From the NCBI GenBank assembly GCA_024228115.1, contig JAAETT010000050.1, forward strand, positions 16,750 through 80,749: a DNA stretch of 64,000 bases, read 5' to 3'. Source of the stretch: a bacterium (GTDB lineage Bacteria > Myxococcota_A > UBA9160 > UBA6930). The translations under genes were made by a program, and so were the position numbers. The notes under the pieces are model-generated. The model searched no databases and was not told the origin of the DNA. It worked only from the letters and a program-made list of their open reading frames with translations. Positions 18,574 to 29,216 of the stretch are shown here, in pieces; positions within the stretch are counted from its first letter, which is position 1, and each line of letters starts with the position of its first letter.

Positions 18574-19362
18574 TCAAAGCAGGCCGTGCCCCTTTACGCC
18601 GAGGGCATTCTTCAAGTATTCGAGTTCTTCCTCGCGCCAGGCTGTTGGTGACTGGCTCTGGATCAATCCGTCCGCTTCGAGTTCGTCGAGCACTTCCTGG
18701 GAGCGCGGGAACGCATTCCCATAGCCATTCATGTGGAAGAGCTTGTCGAAAGGCTGGCGAGGGCGCTGGCCGCCCGCCTCCGGGCTCTCGGCCGGGTAGC
18801 CCACCGTCTGCAGGAGTAGCACGCGACAGGATTCCGGCAGCCCCAGGTTCTCGCGAATCTGCTCGCCGTGAGGCGTCCCCAGGCAGCAGGTTCCGAGCCC
18901 CTGTTCGAACGCCATCAACGTGGCCTGGGCGATGCCCTGTCCACAGTCGATTTCATTCATGCCCGGCTCCTTGAACTGCTCGAGGAGCGATGAGAAGATC
19001 GGGATGATCTGCTCCTCGAGGGCCTTCTCCTTGCCTTCGCCAAAGCCGAGGGCACCGGCCTTCAACAGCTCGCGAAGCCTGTCCGATTGCTCGTCGACCG
19101 CTGCCGTCTCCAGGTACCAGACGATCACGACCGGAGCGATGCGGATCTGGAAGCCGGCGATCGGTGCGAGCAGCGCGTCCCTCACCTCCTGCGAAGCCGT
19201 GTCCTTGAAGACGACCACGGCGCGCAGGCTCTGCACGTTCCCCCAATGAGAGGCAATGCGCGCGGCTTCCAGCATGCGCTGGATCTTCTCGGGCTCGACG
19301 GGCTTGTAAGGCAGCAGGAAGCGTATGGATCGCCTGTTGCCGATGACCTGCCTGAGTTCCAT
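18574..19362 (-). CDS. Nitroreductase-family flavoprotein
   Basis: RRSIRF N-terminal motif and size/composition typical of the family. Confidence 0.7.
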   Translation of the reverse strand: MELRQVIGNRRSIRFLLPYKPVEPEKIQRMLEAARIASHWGNVQSLRAVVVFKDTASQEVRDALLAPIAGFQIRIAPVVIVWYLETAAVDEQSDRLRELLKAGALGFGEGKEKALEEQIIPIFSSLLEQFKEPGMNEIDCGQGIAQATLMAFEQGLGTCCLGTPHGEQIRENLGLPESCRVLLLQTVGYPAESPEAGGQRPRQPFDKLFHMNGYGNAFPRSQEVLDELEADGLIQSQSPTAWREEELEYLKNALGVKGHGLL

Positions 19363-19403
19363 TTCCTGATCTCCTCTCCCTCTGGGTTCCGTTCCTCGGC
19401 GAT

Positions 19404-20609
19404 CTAGAGCTTTTCAGCTCCGACCAGGCTGAGGATGTCGTTGCAACCGTCCTCGATCATCGAGGCACGGGCGTCTCTGAGCAGCTTCTCGATGGGGTAC
19501 TCACGGGTCAGCCCATTTCCACCAAAGATCTGCAGGGCGTCGCTCGCAACCTCGAACGCGGTCTGCGTGCAGTAGGTCTTCGATGCGATCGAGTACTGGA
19601 GCAAGGGCGGCTGCGTCGAGTTGTAGAGCGCCACGCGTCGGGCGAGCGAACGGGCTGCTTCTACGCGACTGAACATCCGGAAGATCTTCGCCTTCACGCT
19701 CTGGTGCTCGAAGATCGGCACGCCTCCCTGGATGCGCTCTTTCGAGTAGGCGAGCGCATGCTCGAAAGCCGCGCTGGCGACGCCCACGAAGATGCTTCCC
19801 ATGGCCGCGTTCGCGGTCGCGAGCACCATTTCGACGATCCCGCTGTAGGCGTCCGCGCCCACGACCATGTAATCGGCCGGAATCCGCACGTCGTCGAAGA
19901 AGATCTCGCCCTGGTTGAGGGCCCGCTGCCCGAGCTTGTCCAGCGGCTTGCCCCGGGAGACACCCGGCAAGTCCAGGGGCACCAGCGCAACGCCGCCCCC
20001 CTTGAAACCCCGGCTCGGATCGATCGTGCAGAAGAGCGTGGCCACCGTGGCGATGGTTCCGTTCGAGACCCACGCCGCCTTCTGGCCCCGAATCACGTAC
20101 TCGTCGCCATCCAGGGTCGCGGTGCAGTTCGCACGGATCGACCCCTCTGGAACTTTCAACTCACCGAAGGCGAGCGTATCGCTGCCGTGGTCCGGCTCGG
20201 TGATCGCCCAGCAGCCGATCTCTTTGCTCTCCGGCGGCGCGAAGCGCTCGACGAGCTCGGGCTTTCCGGACAGCCCCGCAAACATGGTAGGGAAGCCCAT
20301 CACGCCGAGGCTGATCGCGAGTCCGGCATCTCCCCAACCAAGCTGCTCGTTCACCAGATACCGGACCCGGGCCGCCGCGATCGGATCGACTTCCCCGTCG
20401 CCCGCCTCGAACATGCCGATGCCGAGCTCCCGGTATCTCTCGAACACATTCCACAACACCGAATCGCTCGCGATCACATCCGAGGGATCCGCGAGACGAT
20501 CGAGCTCGAGGCCCGCTGGCCGCATGACCTCCTCGGCGAACTTGTGGGTCATGTCGCGGACGGCCCTCTCCTCTTCGGAGAGGCCAACGTCGATGTCTTC
20601 CATGGGCAT
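19404..20609 (-). CDS. Acyl-CoA dehydrogenase family protein
   Basis: ACAD blocks (WAITEPDHGSD, ...QIFGGNGLTREYPIEKLLRDA). Start MPMEDID at 20609 is preceded by GGGAGGA. Confidence 0.85.
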   Translation of the reverse strand: MPMEDIDVGLSEEERAVRDMTHKFAEEVMRPAGLELDRLADPSDVIASDSVLWNVFERYRELGIGMFEAGDGEVDPIAAARVRYLVNEQLGWGDAGLAISLGVMGFPTMFAGLSGKPELVERFAPPESKEIGCWAITEPDHGSDTLAFGELKVPEGSIRANCTATLDGDEYVIRGQKAAWVSNGTIATVATLFCTIDPSRGFKGGGVALVPLDLPGVSRGKPLDKLGQRALNQGEIFFDDVRIPADYMVVGADAYSGIVEMVLATANAAMGSIFVGVASAAFEHALAYSKERIQGGVPIFEHQSVKAKIFRMFSRVEAARSLARRVALYNSTQPPLLQYSIASKTYCTQTAFEVASDALQIFGGNGLTREYPIEKLLRDARASMIEDGCNDILSLVGAEKL

Positions 20610-20888
20610 GAGATCCTCCCGAGGGCGATGCCAGTCGCCATCGGCATTCAACACGAAGATGACACCTGCGTCAAGTTTCGAATTGGAAATAGTTCACCCG
20701 ATCCCGACCGGGCCGATCGCCCACCGCAGGGCGGGAGTAGGAGACGTGCATGAACGAGCAGTGGCGAGCTCGCCCTGAGATCCACTGACGAGCGCCCGCC
20801 TCACGAGGCCTACACACAGCGCATCGCGTGCGGGTCGGCTCCTTTCACCAGTCGTCAGATCACCCCTCTGAGCCGAGGGCCTGGATCC

Positions 20889-21899
20889 CTACCTGCCGAC
20901 CTCGAGGACCGCTGCGCCTCGAATGCGATCCTCGGCAAGATCGAGGAGCGCCTCGTTCGCGCGCTCCAACGGATAGGAGAGGGTGTGGGGGCGGATGGGA
21001 ATCTCTTCCGCAAGGCGTAACAACGCACGCGCATCCTCACGTGTGTTGGCGGTGACGCTCACCAACTGGCGCTCCTGGAACAGGTGTCGGGCGTAGTCGA
21101 GGGCCGGGATCTGGCTCAGGTGGATGCCGGCAACGGCGAGGGTGGCGCCTCGATCGAGCGCTTCGAGTGCGGGCGGCACGAGCGTCCCGACGGGCGCAAA
21201 CAGGATCGCGCCATCGAGTCGCTCGGGCATCGGCTCGTTCGCGTCGCCGACCCATTCGGCCCCCATCTCCCGAGCCAGCGCCTGATGGCGGCCTCCGCGG
21301 CTCGCTACGTAGACGCGACAGCGATGCTGGCGTGCGATCTGGAGCACGATGTGGGCGGAGCCGCCAAAGCCGTAGAGTCCCAGGCGTCCACCCGGCTTGA
21401 CCCTCGATCGAACCCAGGCGCGGTAGCCGATGACGCCGGCGCATAGGAGCGGTGCCAGCTGGGTTGGGTCGGCGTCCTCCGGCAGCCGATGAACGAATTC
21501 CGCCGGGGCGATCACGGCCTCCGCATAGCCACCATCACAATCCCAGCCGGTGAAGGCGGGCTTCAGGCACAGGTTCTCATCGCCTCGAAGGCAGAAGCGG
21601 CATTGGCCGCAGCTGCGATGCAACCACGCGACGCCGACCCTCTCGCCTAGCCTGGGTTCGGTCACCCCGGCACCGAGTGCCTCCACACGTCCCACCACCT
21701 CGTGACCCGGGATCACATGGGGACGGCGAACGCCCAGATCTCCCTCGACCACGTGGAGGTCGGTGCGACATACGCCGCATGCCTCGACCCGCACGCGAAG
21801 CTCACCCGGGCCAGGCTGGGGCAAAGGACGTTCGGCCAGGCGCAGCGGCTCTTCCGCCACAGGCCGGGGCTCATCGAGCTCCATCACGCGCATGCGCAT
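20889..21899 (-). CDS. Zinc-dependent alcohol dehydrogenase (MDR superfamily)
   Basis: Catalytic and structural Zn motifs (GVCRTDLH, GHEVVG, C..C..C.......C) and a Rossmann GFGGSAH motif. Confidence 0.85.
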   Translation of the reverse strand: MRMRVMELDEPRPVAEEPLRLAERPLPQPGPGELRVRVEACGVCRTDLHVVEGDLGVRRPHVIPGHEVVGRVEALGAGVTEPRLGERVGVAWLHRSCGQCRFCLRGDENLCLKPAFTGWDCDGGYAEAVIAPAEFVHRLPEDADPTQLAPLLCAGVIGYRAWVRSRVKPGGRLGLYGFGGSAHIVLQIARQHRCRVYVASRGGRHQALAREMGAEWVGDANEPMPERLDGAILFAPVGTLVPPALEALDRGATLAVAGIHLSQIPALDYARHLFQERQLVSVTANTREDARALLRLAEEIPIRPHTLSYPLERANEALLDLAEDRIRGAAVLEVGR

Positions 21900-22680
21900 C
21901 CGTTAGCACGCCCCCGGACGAGGGGACACCCGGACCGAAACGCAGGATCATCAACTTCTGCCAGACCTTTCGGGAGAGCCCGGTGGTCAGCGCTTCCACG
22001 TCACCCGCCGAGGCGATGACCGCCGAATCTTCGAAATCGCGTGCGTAGACCGCGGCCAACTTTCCGATCAAGGCGAAGATCTCACTGCAATAGTCCAGGT
22101 ACCGGGAGATCTCGAAGGCCGACATGGCCTGGCTGGGAGAGGAGGCCGTCGCCACGAAGCTGGCGTCGAGCACGCGCTGGGGGTCCTTCGTCAGCTGGCG
22201 CATGTCGACGACGTGGGCGAGGGCGCGCAGTTCGTGGATGGCGGCGAGGGCTTTCCTCCGCTGCAGGCGTCGCTCCGCGCTGAGCAGGAAGATCGCGGCG
22301 CCGCCGAAGAGCAGCATCACGTTGATCCCGCCCTCCGTCACCTGGATCAGCGCGGGCAATGCGAAACCTGCGCTGGGCATGTGGGAGGAGGAGATGGCGA
22401 TGACCAGGGTGGCGACGAGCAGGAAGCCCAGCACTCCGATCGCGATCCGCAGGGGAAGATTGGGCTTCGCGATCTCCTCCGATCGCTGCTGAACCTCCCT
22501 GGCGACGCGCACGAGCTCTCCCGCAGCGTCCTCGAGCCCCGACGCGTGGAAACGTTCGCCAATGCGACGGGCCAGCACCTCGGCTGCGTCCGCGATCGAT
22601 TGCGGATCAAGGCTGCGATACACCGGCGCCCTCGAATCCGGACCCACGGCCGCTGATTGCGGCGAGCCGGCCATCCCCAA
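21871..22680 (-). CDS. Hypothetical membrane protein (three central TM segments)
   Basis: GC3-rich ORF. Soluble N- and C-terminal parts flank hydrophobic segments (IAIGVLGFLLVATLVIAI, INVMLLFGGAAIFLL). No family recognised. Overlaps the ADH start by 29 nt. Confidence 0.5.
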   Translation of the reverse strand: MGMAGSPQSAAVGPDSRAPVYRSLDPQSIADAAEVLARRIGERFHASGLEDAAGELVRVAREVQQRSEEIAKPNLPLRIAIGVLGFLLVATLVIAISSSHMPSAGFALPALIQVTEGGINVMLLFGGAAIFLLSAERRLQRRKALAAIHELRALAHVVDMRQLTKDPQRVLDASFVATASSPSQAMSAFEISRYLDYCSEIFALIGKLAAVYARDFEDSAVIASAGDVEALTTGLSRKVWQKLMILRFGPGVPSSGGVLTDAHARDGAR

Positions 22681-22889
22681 GCCTTCCGCGCGAGCGCTCC
22701 CAGGCTACAGGGTGGGATTTGGAAAGGCACGGCGGGCAGGGCTTGCGTCGTTCCGGCCCCGAGAACAGCGGAACGGTGCAGGCAGGGAGCTGCAGTGTCG
22801 CTCCTGGGCTGCATCCGGGGCTCTGCGGAACCGTCGCAGGCCGTTCCACGCTGGTTCCGGATGGCCCGAAACTTGCTCTTTCGCAGGGC

Positions 22890-24080
22890 ATGACCAACAA
22901 GCGCGCCCGGGGATCCAGCTGGATCCGAAAGTCCGGAAGAGCACTCCTCGGCATCGGTGCGACGAGCCTGCTCCTGGCATCGGCCTACATGGGCCTCACC
23001 TCCGGCCTCGGACCGCAGGACGGCGACCTGCCTTCCCATCTGAATGCGGTCCCCGTCGAGCGCGGCATCCTCCGAGAGCTGGTCATCGCCAACGGAAGTC
23101 TCGAGCCCAGTGCACGGGTCGTCGTTCAGTCCGAGATTCCGGGCATCGTTGCCCTGGTGCATGTCGACAACGGAGATCGGGTCGAGCCCGGTCAGCCCCT
23201 CGTCGAACTCGATCGTGAGCGCCTCGAAGATCGAGTGGCGGAGTTGGAAGCCGCCCTCGCAGAACGCCGCGCCCGGGCTCGGGTCGATCTGGTTGGCCGA
23301 GCGGAGATCGAGCTTCGAAAGGCACAGCGCGACCACGAGCGGGTGGAGGGGCTCCATGGGCAAGGCATCGCCTCCCGCGAGACGCTGGAACTCGAGGAGT
23401 ATCGCGCGGCGCTTGCCGAGATCAGCCTGGGTGATGCCCATGCCGAGAAGGCCGCGCGTCACGCCTCGGTTCGCGAAGCGGAGAACTCGCTCCGTCGGAT
23501 GCGTCGAGATGTCGAGAAGTCGATCATTCGTTCGCCGATCGGCGGGGTCGTCGTGCGGCGCCATGTCGAGGTGGGAACCGCCGTCGCCGATCTCCAGAAC
23601 GGCGGAACCGTGGTCGTCACCCTTGCCGACGACCGTCGCCTGCACGTGCTGGCCGAAGTCGACGAGAATGACGTTGCTGCCGTGCGGGTCGGCCAACGGG
23701 TCGAAGTGCGGATCGACGCCTTCCCCGACGAACCCATGGATGGTCAGGTCCGCAAGGTGTCGTCCGCAGGGCAAGCCGAAGGAACGGTTTCGAGCTTCGA
23801 GGTGGAGATCGAGCTGAGCCACGACCCACGGGCGCGGGTGGGTATGTCGGCCGACACCAGGATCCAGGTCGGTCGCCACGCGGACGTGCTGCTCGTGCCC
23901 AACAACGCGATCGATCGCGATGGCGACGGGCCGCGTGTCCGTCGTGGCGCAGGGGAGGGCGGCGGCGCGGAATGGGTGCGCATCGACGAAGGTGCCAGCG
24001 ACGGCTTCCACACGGTGGTGCAGGGGGGCCTCGAAGAGGGAGACATGGTCTTGCTCGAGGTTCTCGGGAGCGCCGGATGA
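22890..24080 (+). CDS. HlyD/MacA-type periplasmic adaptor (membrane fusion protein)
   Basis: N-terminal TM, coiled-coil region, beta-barrel C-terminal part. The stop overlaps the ATPase start (ATGA). Confidence 0.8.
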   Translation: MTNKRARGSSWIRKSGRALLGIGATSLLLASAYMGLTSGLGPQDGDLPSHLNAVPVERGILRELVIANGSLEPSARVVVQSEIPGIVALVHVDNGDRVEPGQPLVELDRERLEDRVAELEAALAERRARARVDLVGRAEIELRKAQRDHERVEGLHGQGIASRETLELEEYRAALAEISLGDAHAEKAARHASVREAENSLRRMRRDVEKSIIRSPIGGVVVRRHVEVGTAVADLQNGGTVVVTLADDRRLHVLAEVDENDVAAVRVGQRVEVRIDAFPDEPMDGQVRKVSSAGQAEGTVSSFEVEIELSHDPRARVGMSADTRIQVGRHADVLLVPNNAIDRDGDGPRVRRGAGEGGGAEWVRIDEGASDGFHTVVQGGLEEGDMVLLEVLGSAG

Positions 24081-24754
24081 GCTTGTTGGCCCTGGGCGGC
24101 GTGCGCAAGCGGTTCGCACTCGGAGAGCAGGAAGTCGAGATCCTCCGGGGCGTCGACGTCGAAGTCCGGGAAGGCGAGTTCGTCGCGATCATGGGCCCAT
24201 CTGGTTCGGGTAAGACGACCTGCCTCGAGATCCTGGGCGCACTCTCGCGTCCGACGGAGGGCAGTGTCCTGTTCGAGGGTGAGCCCGTGGAGGAGTGGAG
24301 CGACGACGAGCTGGCCGATCTTCGCGCCCACCGCCTCGGCTTCGTGTTCCAGACCTTCAACCTGATGCCGCGGATGAGCGCTCTCCGAAATGCAGCCCTG
24401 CCCCTGCTGTACGCGGGTGTGCCCCGCGCCGAGCGGGAGGATCGGGCACGCGTCCTTCTCGAGCGTGTCGGGCTGGGCCATCGGCTCGACCATCGGCCGG
24501 CCCAGCTTTCCGGCGGCGAGCGCCAGCGGGTCGCGATCGCCCGGGCCCTCGTGAACGAGCCTCGCGTCGTCCTCGCAGACGAGCCCACCGGAAACCTGGA
24601 CGAGGCCACCAGCGAAGAGATCTTGTCGCTCTTCGAGGAATTGAACGCAGAGGGGCGCACCTTGGTCGTCGTCACGCATAGCGACGATGTAGCAGGCCGA
24701 GCGGGCCGGGTGATCCGCTTGCGCGATGGCCGCGTGACCGGACCATCTGCATGA
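24077..24754 (+). CDS. MacB/LolD-type ABC transporter ATP-binding protein
   Basis: Walker A GPSGSGKT, signature LSGGERQR, Walker B VVLADEPT. Confidence 0.9.
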   Translation: MSLLALGGVRKRFALGEQEVEILRGVDVEVREGEFVAIMGPSGSGKTTCLEILGALSRPTEGSVLFEGEPVEEWSDDELADLRAHRLGFVFQTFNLMPRMSALRNAALPLLYAGVPRAEREDRARVLLERVGLGHRLDHRPAQLSGGERQRVAIARALVNEPRVVLADEPTGNLDEATSEEILSLFEELNAEGRTLVVVTHSDDVAGRAGRVIRLRDGRVTGPSA

Positions 24755-26043
24755 GGTCGGGACGCTCCCGGCGATCGCGATCCGGTTCCCGTCGTCGTCG
24801 GGCCCTGCGGCTTCTCCCGGTGCTGCTCGAGGATGCCGCGCTGGAGCTTCGCGATAGCTGGCGCCGGCACCTGCTCACCTTCGTGGGCCTCGTCTGGGGC
24901 AGTGCCAGCGTGGTGCTGCTGCTCGCCGTGGGCACGGGTTTCATGGCATTCCTGGATCTCGGCGTCGACAAGACCGGATCCCGTTGGACGACCGTCGATG
25001 GGGAATACACGACCGCCGAGAATGGTGGCCTCCGTCCAGGCCGCCCCGTGCGGCTCGAGGATGAGGACGTGCTGCGGATTCGCGCCGCGAGCCCGCGCAT
25101 TGCTCTGGCGGCTGGGGAGATCATCGCGTCCACCACCGCCGAGACCCATTCCAAGACAAGGGCAACGGTGGTTTCCGCAGGGCACCCGGAGCTGGCCGTG
25201 ATCCGGAATCACCAGATCGCACGGGGTCGCTACCTCGATGTGCGCGACGAAGCCGAGGCGCAACAGGTCGCGGTTCTCGGCGCCGTTCTTGCCCGGGTCC
25301 TCTTTCCCCGCGGCGATGTGTTGGGCCAGCCGGTGCGCATCTCCGGGAGCACCTTCCTGGTCGTCGGCGTACTCGAGGAGAAAGGCTTCCAGTTCATGAC
25401 GAACAGGGACCTTCACGACAACATGGCGTTCGTCCCACTCTCGGCCGGTCAGCGGGTCTTTGCCCGGGGCGACGAAATCGACCATGTCTTCGTCGAGCCT
25501 CTGCGCATCTCCGACGCTTCGCTCCTGGAGCGCGATATCCGGCGTGCGCTCGCGCCCCGCCATCGGCTCGTTTCCGGCGACGACGAGGCGCTCCGCTTCG
25601 AGAGCGTGCCCGACATCATCGGCGGGATCCGCAACGTCTTCGTCGCCCTCGAGCTGCTCCTGGGAGTCGTTGGGACGCTCACCCTGGCTCTCTCCGGGGT
25701 TGGCGTGGCAAATCTGATGGTCGCGCTCGTCAACGGCAGGCGCCGCGAGCTCGCCATGCGCCGCGCCTGCGGAGCGCGGCGGAGTGATCTGCTCTTGCAG
25801 ATCGTGGCCGAGACTTTCGCGATCGTCATTGGTGGTGGAGTTGCGGGAATCGTCCTTGCCATCGGGATCTGCTTCGTCATTGCTCTCCTGCCGCTTCCGC
25901 CAGCCGTCCCGGATCCAGTGATCTCCCCGGCCGTGTTGGTAACGACGGCGTTCATCCTCTCGTTGGTCGGGCTGGGGGCCGCCATCGGCCCGGCCAGGTT
26001 GGCGGGGAGAGTCGATCCCTCTGCCGCGTTGCGCGTCTCATGA
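24751..26043 (+). CDS. ABC transporter permease, FtsX/MacB-type
   Basis: N-terminal TM, large periplasmic domain, three C-terminal TMs (FtsX domain). ATGA overlaps on both sides. Confidence 0.85.
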   Translation: MRSGRSRRSRSGSRRRRALRLLPVLLEDAALELRDSWRRHLLTFVGLVWGSASVVLLLAVGTGFMAFLDLGVDKTGSRWTTVDGEYTTAENGGLRPGRPVRLEDEDVLRIRAASPRIALAAGEIIASTTAETHSKTRATVVSAGHPELAVIRNHQIARGRYLDVRDEAEAQQVAVLGAVLARVLFPRGDVLGQPVRISGSTFLVVGVLEEKGFQFMTNRDLHDNMAFVPLSAGQRVFARGDEIDHVFVEPLRISDASLLERDIRRALAPRHRLVSGDDEALRFESVPDIIGGIRNVFVALELLLGVVGTLTLALSGVGVANLMVALVNGRRRELAMRRACGARRSDLLLQIVAETFAIVIGGGVAGIVLAIGICFVIALLPLPPAVPDPVISPAVLVTTAFILSLVGLGAAIGPARLAGRVDPSAALRVS

Positions 26044-27284
26044 GAGAACGCTGGCGAATGGCCTTCGAAGCCGTGGTCGAGTATCCGGGTCGCGTGGTGG
26101 CTTCCTCTCTCGGTGTCTTCTGGGGGACGGCCGCCGTGATCGTGCTCCTTTCCTGGGGCGCCGGCTTCCAGGCCTACATGCATCGCGAGCTTGGAAGCTT
26201 CGGGCAGAGCCTGGTGATGATGTATCCAGCGGCGACTTCATCCGGGTTTCCGGGCTTCCGCAAGGGTCAACCGGTTCGGGTCTCTCGGCAGGATGCCGCT
26301 GCGGTCGAGAGAAACGCGTCGCATCGCATCGAGGCCGTGCTTGCCCAGCAGATGTCTCGCGGCCGGGTGCTCGTCGAAGCGGGGCCGAGGACGCGTCGTC
26401 TCGATCTGACGGGTGTGGATCATCGCTGGGCGGGATATCGGAACTTCCAGATGGGGCATGGTCGCTTCTTCGATCGCGCCGACGTAGCCCGTCGCCGACC
26501 CGTGGCGATCCTCGGTCACGATGCGGCCCGCGATCTCTTCGGCAGTCCCGGCGCCGCCATCGGCGCAATCCTACGGGTGGACGGTCATCCCTTTCGTGTC
26601 CTCGGTGTCGCTGCGATGAAGGGCCGGCAGTACATGAACACGAACCGGCCGGACAACCGCATGCTGATGATCCCGATCACCACGGCGGAGAGCGCCCTGG
26701 GCTACGACGACGAGGCGGTGGGCAATCTGCTGGTCTATCCGCGGCCAGGCGTCGGGACGGACGAAGCGGTCGAAGCCGTTTTGCACATTCTAGGCCCTCG
26801 CGCTGGTTTCCACGCCGAGGACGAGGATGCCTTCAAGTGGTTCGATCTGGCCCAATTCCTCGACCTGATCGATCTCTTCCACGCCGGATTCTCGGGCTTC
26901 ATCGGTCTGGCGGGCCTGATCACCTTGTTGATCGGCGCCGTCGGCATCGCGAACTACCACCTGGCCATCCTCGCGGAGCGAACGATGGAGGTGGCGGTTG
27001 CCAAGGCGGTTGGCGCCAAAGATCGTTGGCTCGTGCGGCAGACCCTGCTCGAAAGTGTCCTCGTCTCGGGTGCGGCGACGCTCGGCGGGGTGCTCCTCGG
27101 CCTCGGCCTGTGTGCCGCTCTGGTCCAGTGGACTCCGCCAGCCCTCCCGAAACCGATCCTCTCCGGCTCGGTCGTCGCCGTGACGGCTGTCGCGATCCTG
27201 GGCGTCGCGGTCGTCTCCGCGATCCTCCCCGCACGCCGAATTCGCGAGATCGATACCGCGGCCGCTCTGCGTTCGGATCTCTGA
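26040..27284 (+). CDS. ABC transporter permease, FtsX/MacB-type (second copy)
   Basis: Same architecture as the preceding gene; ends ...AALRSDL. Confidence 0.85.
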   Translation: MRERWRMAFEAVVEYPGRVVASSLGVFWGTAAVIVLLSWGAGFQAYMHRELGSFGQSLVMMYPAATSSGFPGFRKGQPVRVSRQDAAAVERNASHRIEAVLAQQMSRGRVLVEAGPRTRRLDLTGVDHRWAGYRNFQMGHGRFFDRADVARRRPVAILGHDAARDLFGSPGAAIGAILRVDGHPFRVLGVAAMKGRQYMNTNRPDNRMLMIPITTAESALGYDDEAVGNLLVYPRPGVGTDEAVEAVLHILGPRAGFHAEDEDAFKWFDLAQFLDLIDLFHAGFSGFIGLAGLITLLIGAVGIANYHLAILAERTMEVAVAKAVGAKDRWLVRQTLLESVLVSGAATLGGVLLGLGLCAALVQWTPPALPKPILSGSVVAVTAVAILGVAVVSAILPARRIREIDTAAALRSDL

Positions 27285-27381
27285 GGGAGCACGTTCTGGG
27301 CTGGTGTGCTGGCCTCATCGCACCGGAATTCGTTCCGGGCGCAGCGCTACGTCTCGCGCGAATTCGGGGACATCGCTCTAT

Positions 27382-28437
27382 TCACTCATTCCCCTTCCGC
27401 TTCCACGACGAGGGCAGCTCGCGAAAGCTCGGCGGGTAGTCGAGCAACGCGAGCACCGCCGTGTAGGTGGCATGGATTTCGTGGTTGAGGCCCGGCTCGC
27501 CCCAGCTTCCGTCCTCGTGCTGAAAGGCGAGCAGGCGCTCGGTCATTGCCAGTGCGTCCTCGTTCTCGGGCAGGCGGACAAGCTTGCGCGCAGCCATGAT
27601 CTCGGCTTGGAGATCCAGGAAGGCGCGACGCTCCGGCACGCTCTCCGATAGGTAGCGCCGAAGCGCGGCACCGAGAATCTCGATCTCAAGCTCGTAGTCG
27701 GCCGCGTCCAGGTAACCGGAGAACTCGCCCGATGCCCCGAAGAAGACGTGCGTCACGCCGTACATGAATTGGATGTCGACAAGCAGCTTCTTGGAATCCC
27801 CGTTCTGCCAGCGCGACTGGATACCCTGCCTTACGGCGTCCACGCTGAGCTGCGTCTCGATCCCGAGCTTCGCGAACTGATGAAGCAGCACGACCCGCTG
27901 CGTGGACTCCAACCGTCTCCAAAGCGTCGGCTCGTGGCGGCGCAGCAGCGCTTGGAGCTGTCTCGTCGGACCTTCCCAGGGCTCGCCCATTTGCTTCCTG
28001 CGCACGAGTTCGGCCACCACGGGGCGAAGCCTCAGGAGTCGGAGTAGCTTCGGGTCGTCGAGGTCGGGCGGGAGCTCCAAGATCGGTCTCCGCGACGCAT
28101 TCTCTCCGATGACCCCTGTCAAGGCCACCAGATCCCCATCTGGGAGGACCTTGTACAGGCTGGGGAAAATGACATACGCCCACTCGTGCGGCATCTGATC
28201 GTGATTGGCGATCAGCCACTCGACTCCGCGCTGTGCCGCAGCCGCACGGCGCACCTCGAGCGTTTCGGGCGCACAGCCTTCGAGCACTCCGACTGCACCG
28301 AGGACCACCACCAGTACGATTCCGGTGACTGCGGTGCGGAGTGTCCCTACGCCTCGCCCGGGGCCTGGTCCGCCTGAGTCACCTACCGGGCCGAGACATC
28401 CGCGTCGGAGGGGCCTGCAAGCGTCAGGCTTCTGCAT
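27382..28437 (-). CDS. Hypothetical exported protein/lipoprotein
   Basis: TM/signal followed by VLEGC (a lipobox-like Cys). One prenyltransferase-like repeat (FQHEDGSWGE). No confident family. Confidence 0.55.
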   Translation of the reverse strand: MQKPDACRPLRRGCLGPVGDSGGPGPGRGVGTLRTAVTGIVLVVVLGAVGVLEGCAPETLEVRRAAAAQRGVEWLIANHDQMPHEWAYVIFPSLYKVLPDGDLVALTGVIGENASRRPILELPPDLDDPKLLRLLRLRPVVAELVRRKQMGEPWEGPTRQLQALLRRHEPTLWRRLESTQRVVLLHQFAKLGIETQLSVDAVRQGIQSRWQNGDSKKLLVDIQFMYGVTHVFFGASGEFSGYLDAADYELEIEILGAALRRYLSESVPERRAFLDLQAEIMAARKLVRLPENEDALAMTERLLAFQHEDGSWGEPGLNHEIHATYTAVLALLDYPPSFRELPSSWKRKGNE

Positions 28438-28761
28438 GGAGGTCTTCCCAGAGGATTGGAGCGAAGTTTCCGGCGGTGGGTTGGCCGGCCGGCGTCCAGT
28501 TGACCCTCCGAGCGGACCGTACCAGACGCCCTATGTCAATTCCAGAGTCAGGTCGCTTCCCTGTCCGTTTCAGATACGCGGAACCTCCTTCGCTGCTTTC
28601 ACCCTCCGACCGACTGTGCGAACGAGTCTCCATTGGAACGCCAACTCGGCGCTGTGCTCCTCGGCCTTCGCGGTGACGGCTGTCGGGATCCTCGGCGTCG
28701 CGCCCCGGCGGCCAGACCGGCCCACGTAGCGTACCGTCGGGACAACCGCAGGAGGTCACCG

Positions 28762-29160
28762 ATGGCAGAGACACTGGAAGCAGGCCGAGAGTTCGAGTTG
28801 AAGCGCGAAGTGACGCCGGAGCTGACAGCCGATCGATACGGCAATCCCGGAGCGTTCGTATTCGCGACGCCGATGCTGGTGGGGCTGCTCGAAGAGGCGG
28901 CGATCCGCTGTGTCGCGGAGGCGCTCGAGCCGGATGCTGCGACCGTCGGCACCCGTGTCGATGTCGAGCACAAGGCCGCCACACCCGTCGGCCTGACGGT
29001 CACTGCGCGAGCGCGTTTGATCGAAGTCGATCGACGGCGTCTGGTATTCGAGGTGGAGGCGCACGACGACCGCGAGCTGATCGCCACTGGCACCCACGAA
29101 CGCTTCGTCCTGAAATCGCTCAGCAAGTTCCTGGAGAGCGCCGCCCAGAAGGCGAGCTGA
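28762..29160 (+). CDS. Hotdog-fold thioesterase
   Basis: 132 aa with a hotdog-type pattern (ATPMLVGLLEEAAIRCV...VDVEHKAATPVG). GGAGG SD lies before the ATG at 28762. Confidence 0.65.
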   Translation: MAETLEAGREFELKREVTPELTADRYGNPGAFVFATPMLVGLLEEAAIRCVAEALEPDAATVGTRVDVEHKAATPVGLTVTARARLIEVDRRRLVFEVEAHDDRELIATGTHERFVLKSLSKFLESAAQKAS

Positions 29161-29216
29161 TCACTACAGCGCCAATGGGCGAGTCGACCGGGGCCCTTCT
29201 TCGATCCGTCCTGAGA

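Noticed and set aside
22347-25563. Long minus-strand ORFs (590 aa and 648 aa), antisense to the MacAB-like genes
   Set aside because: The translations are low-complexity Arg/Pro/Ser-rich. The + strand carries Walker A/B, an ABC signature and FtsX domains.
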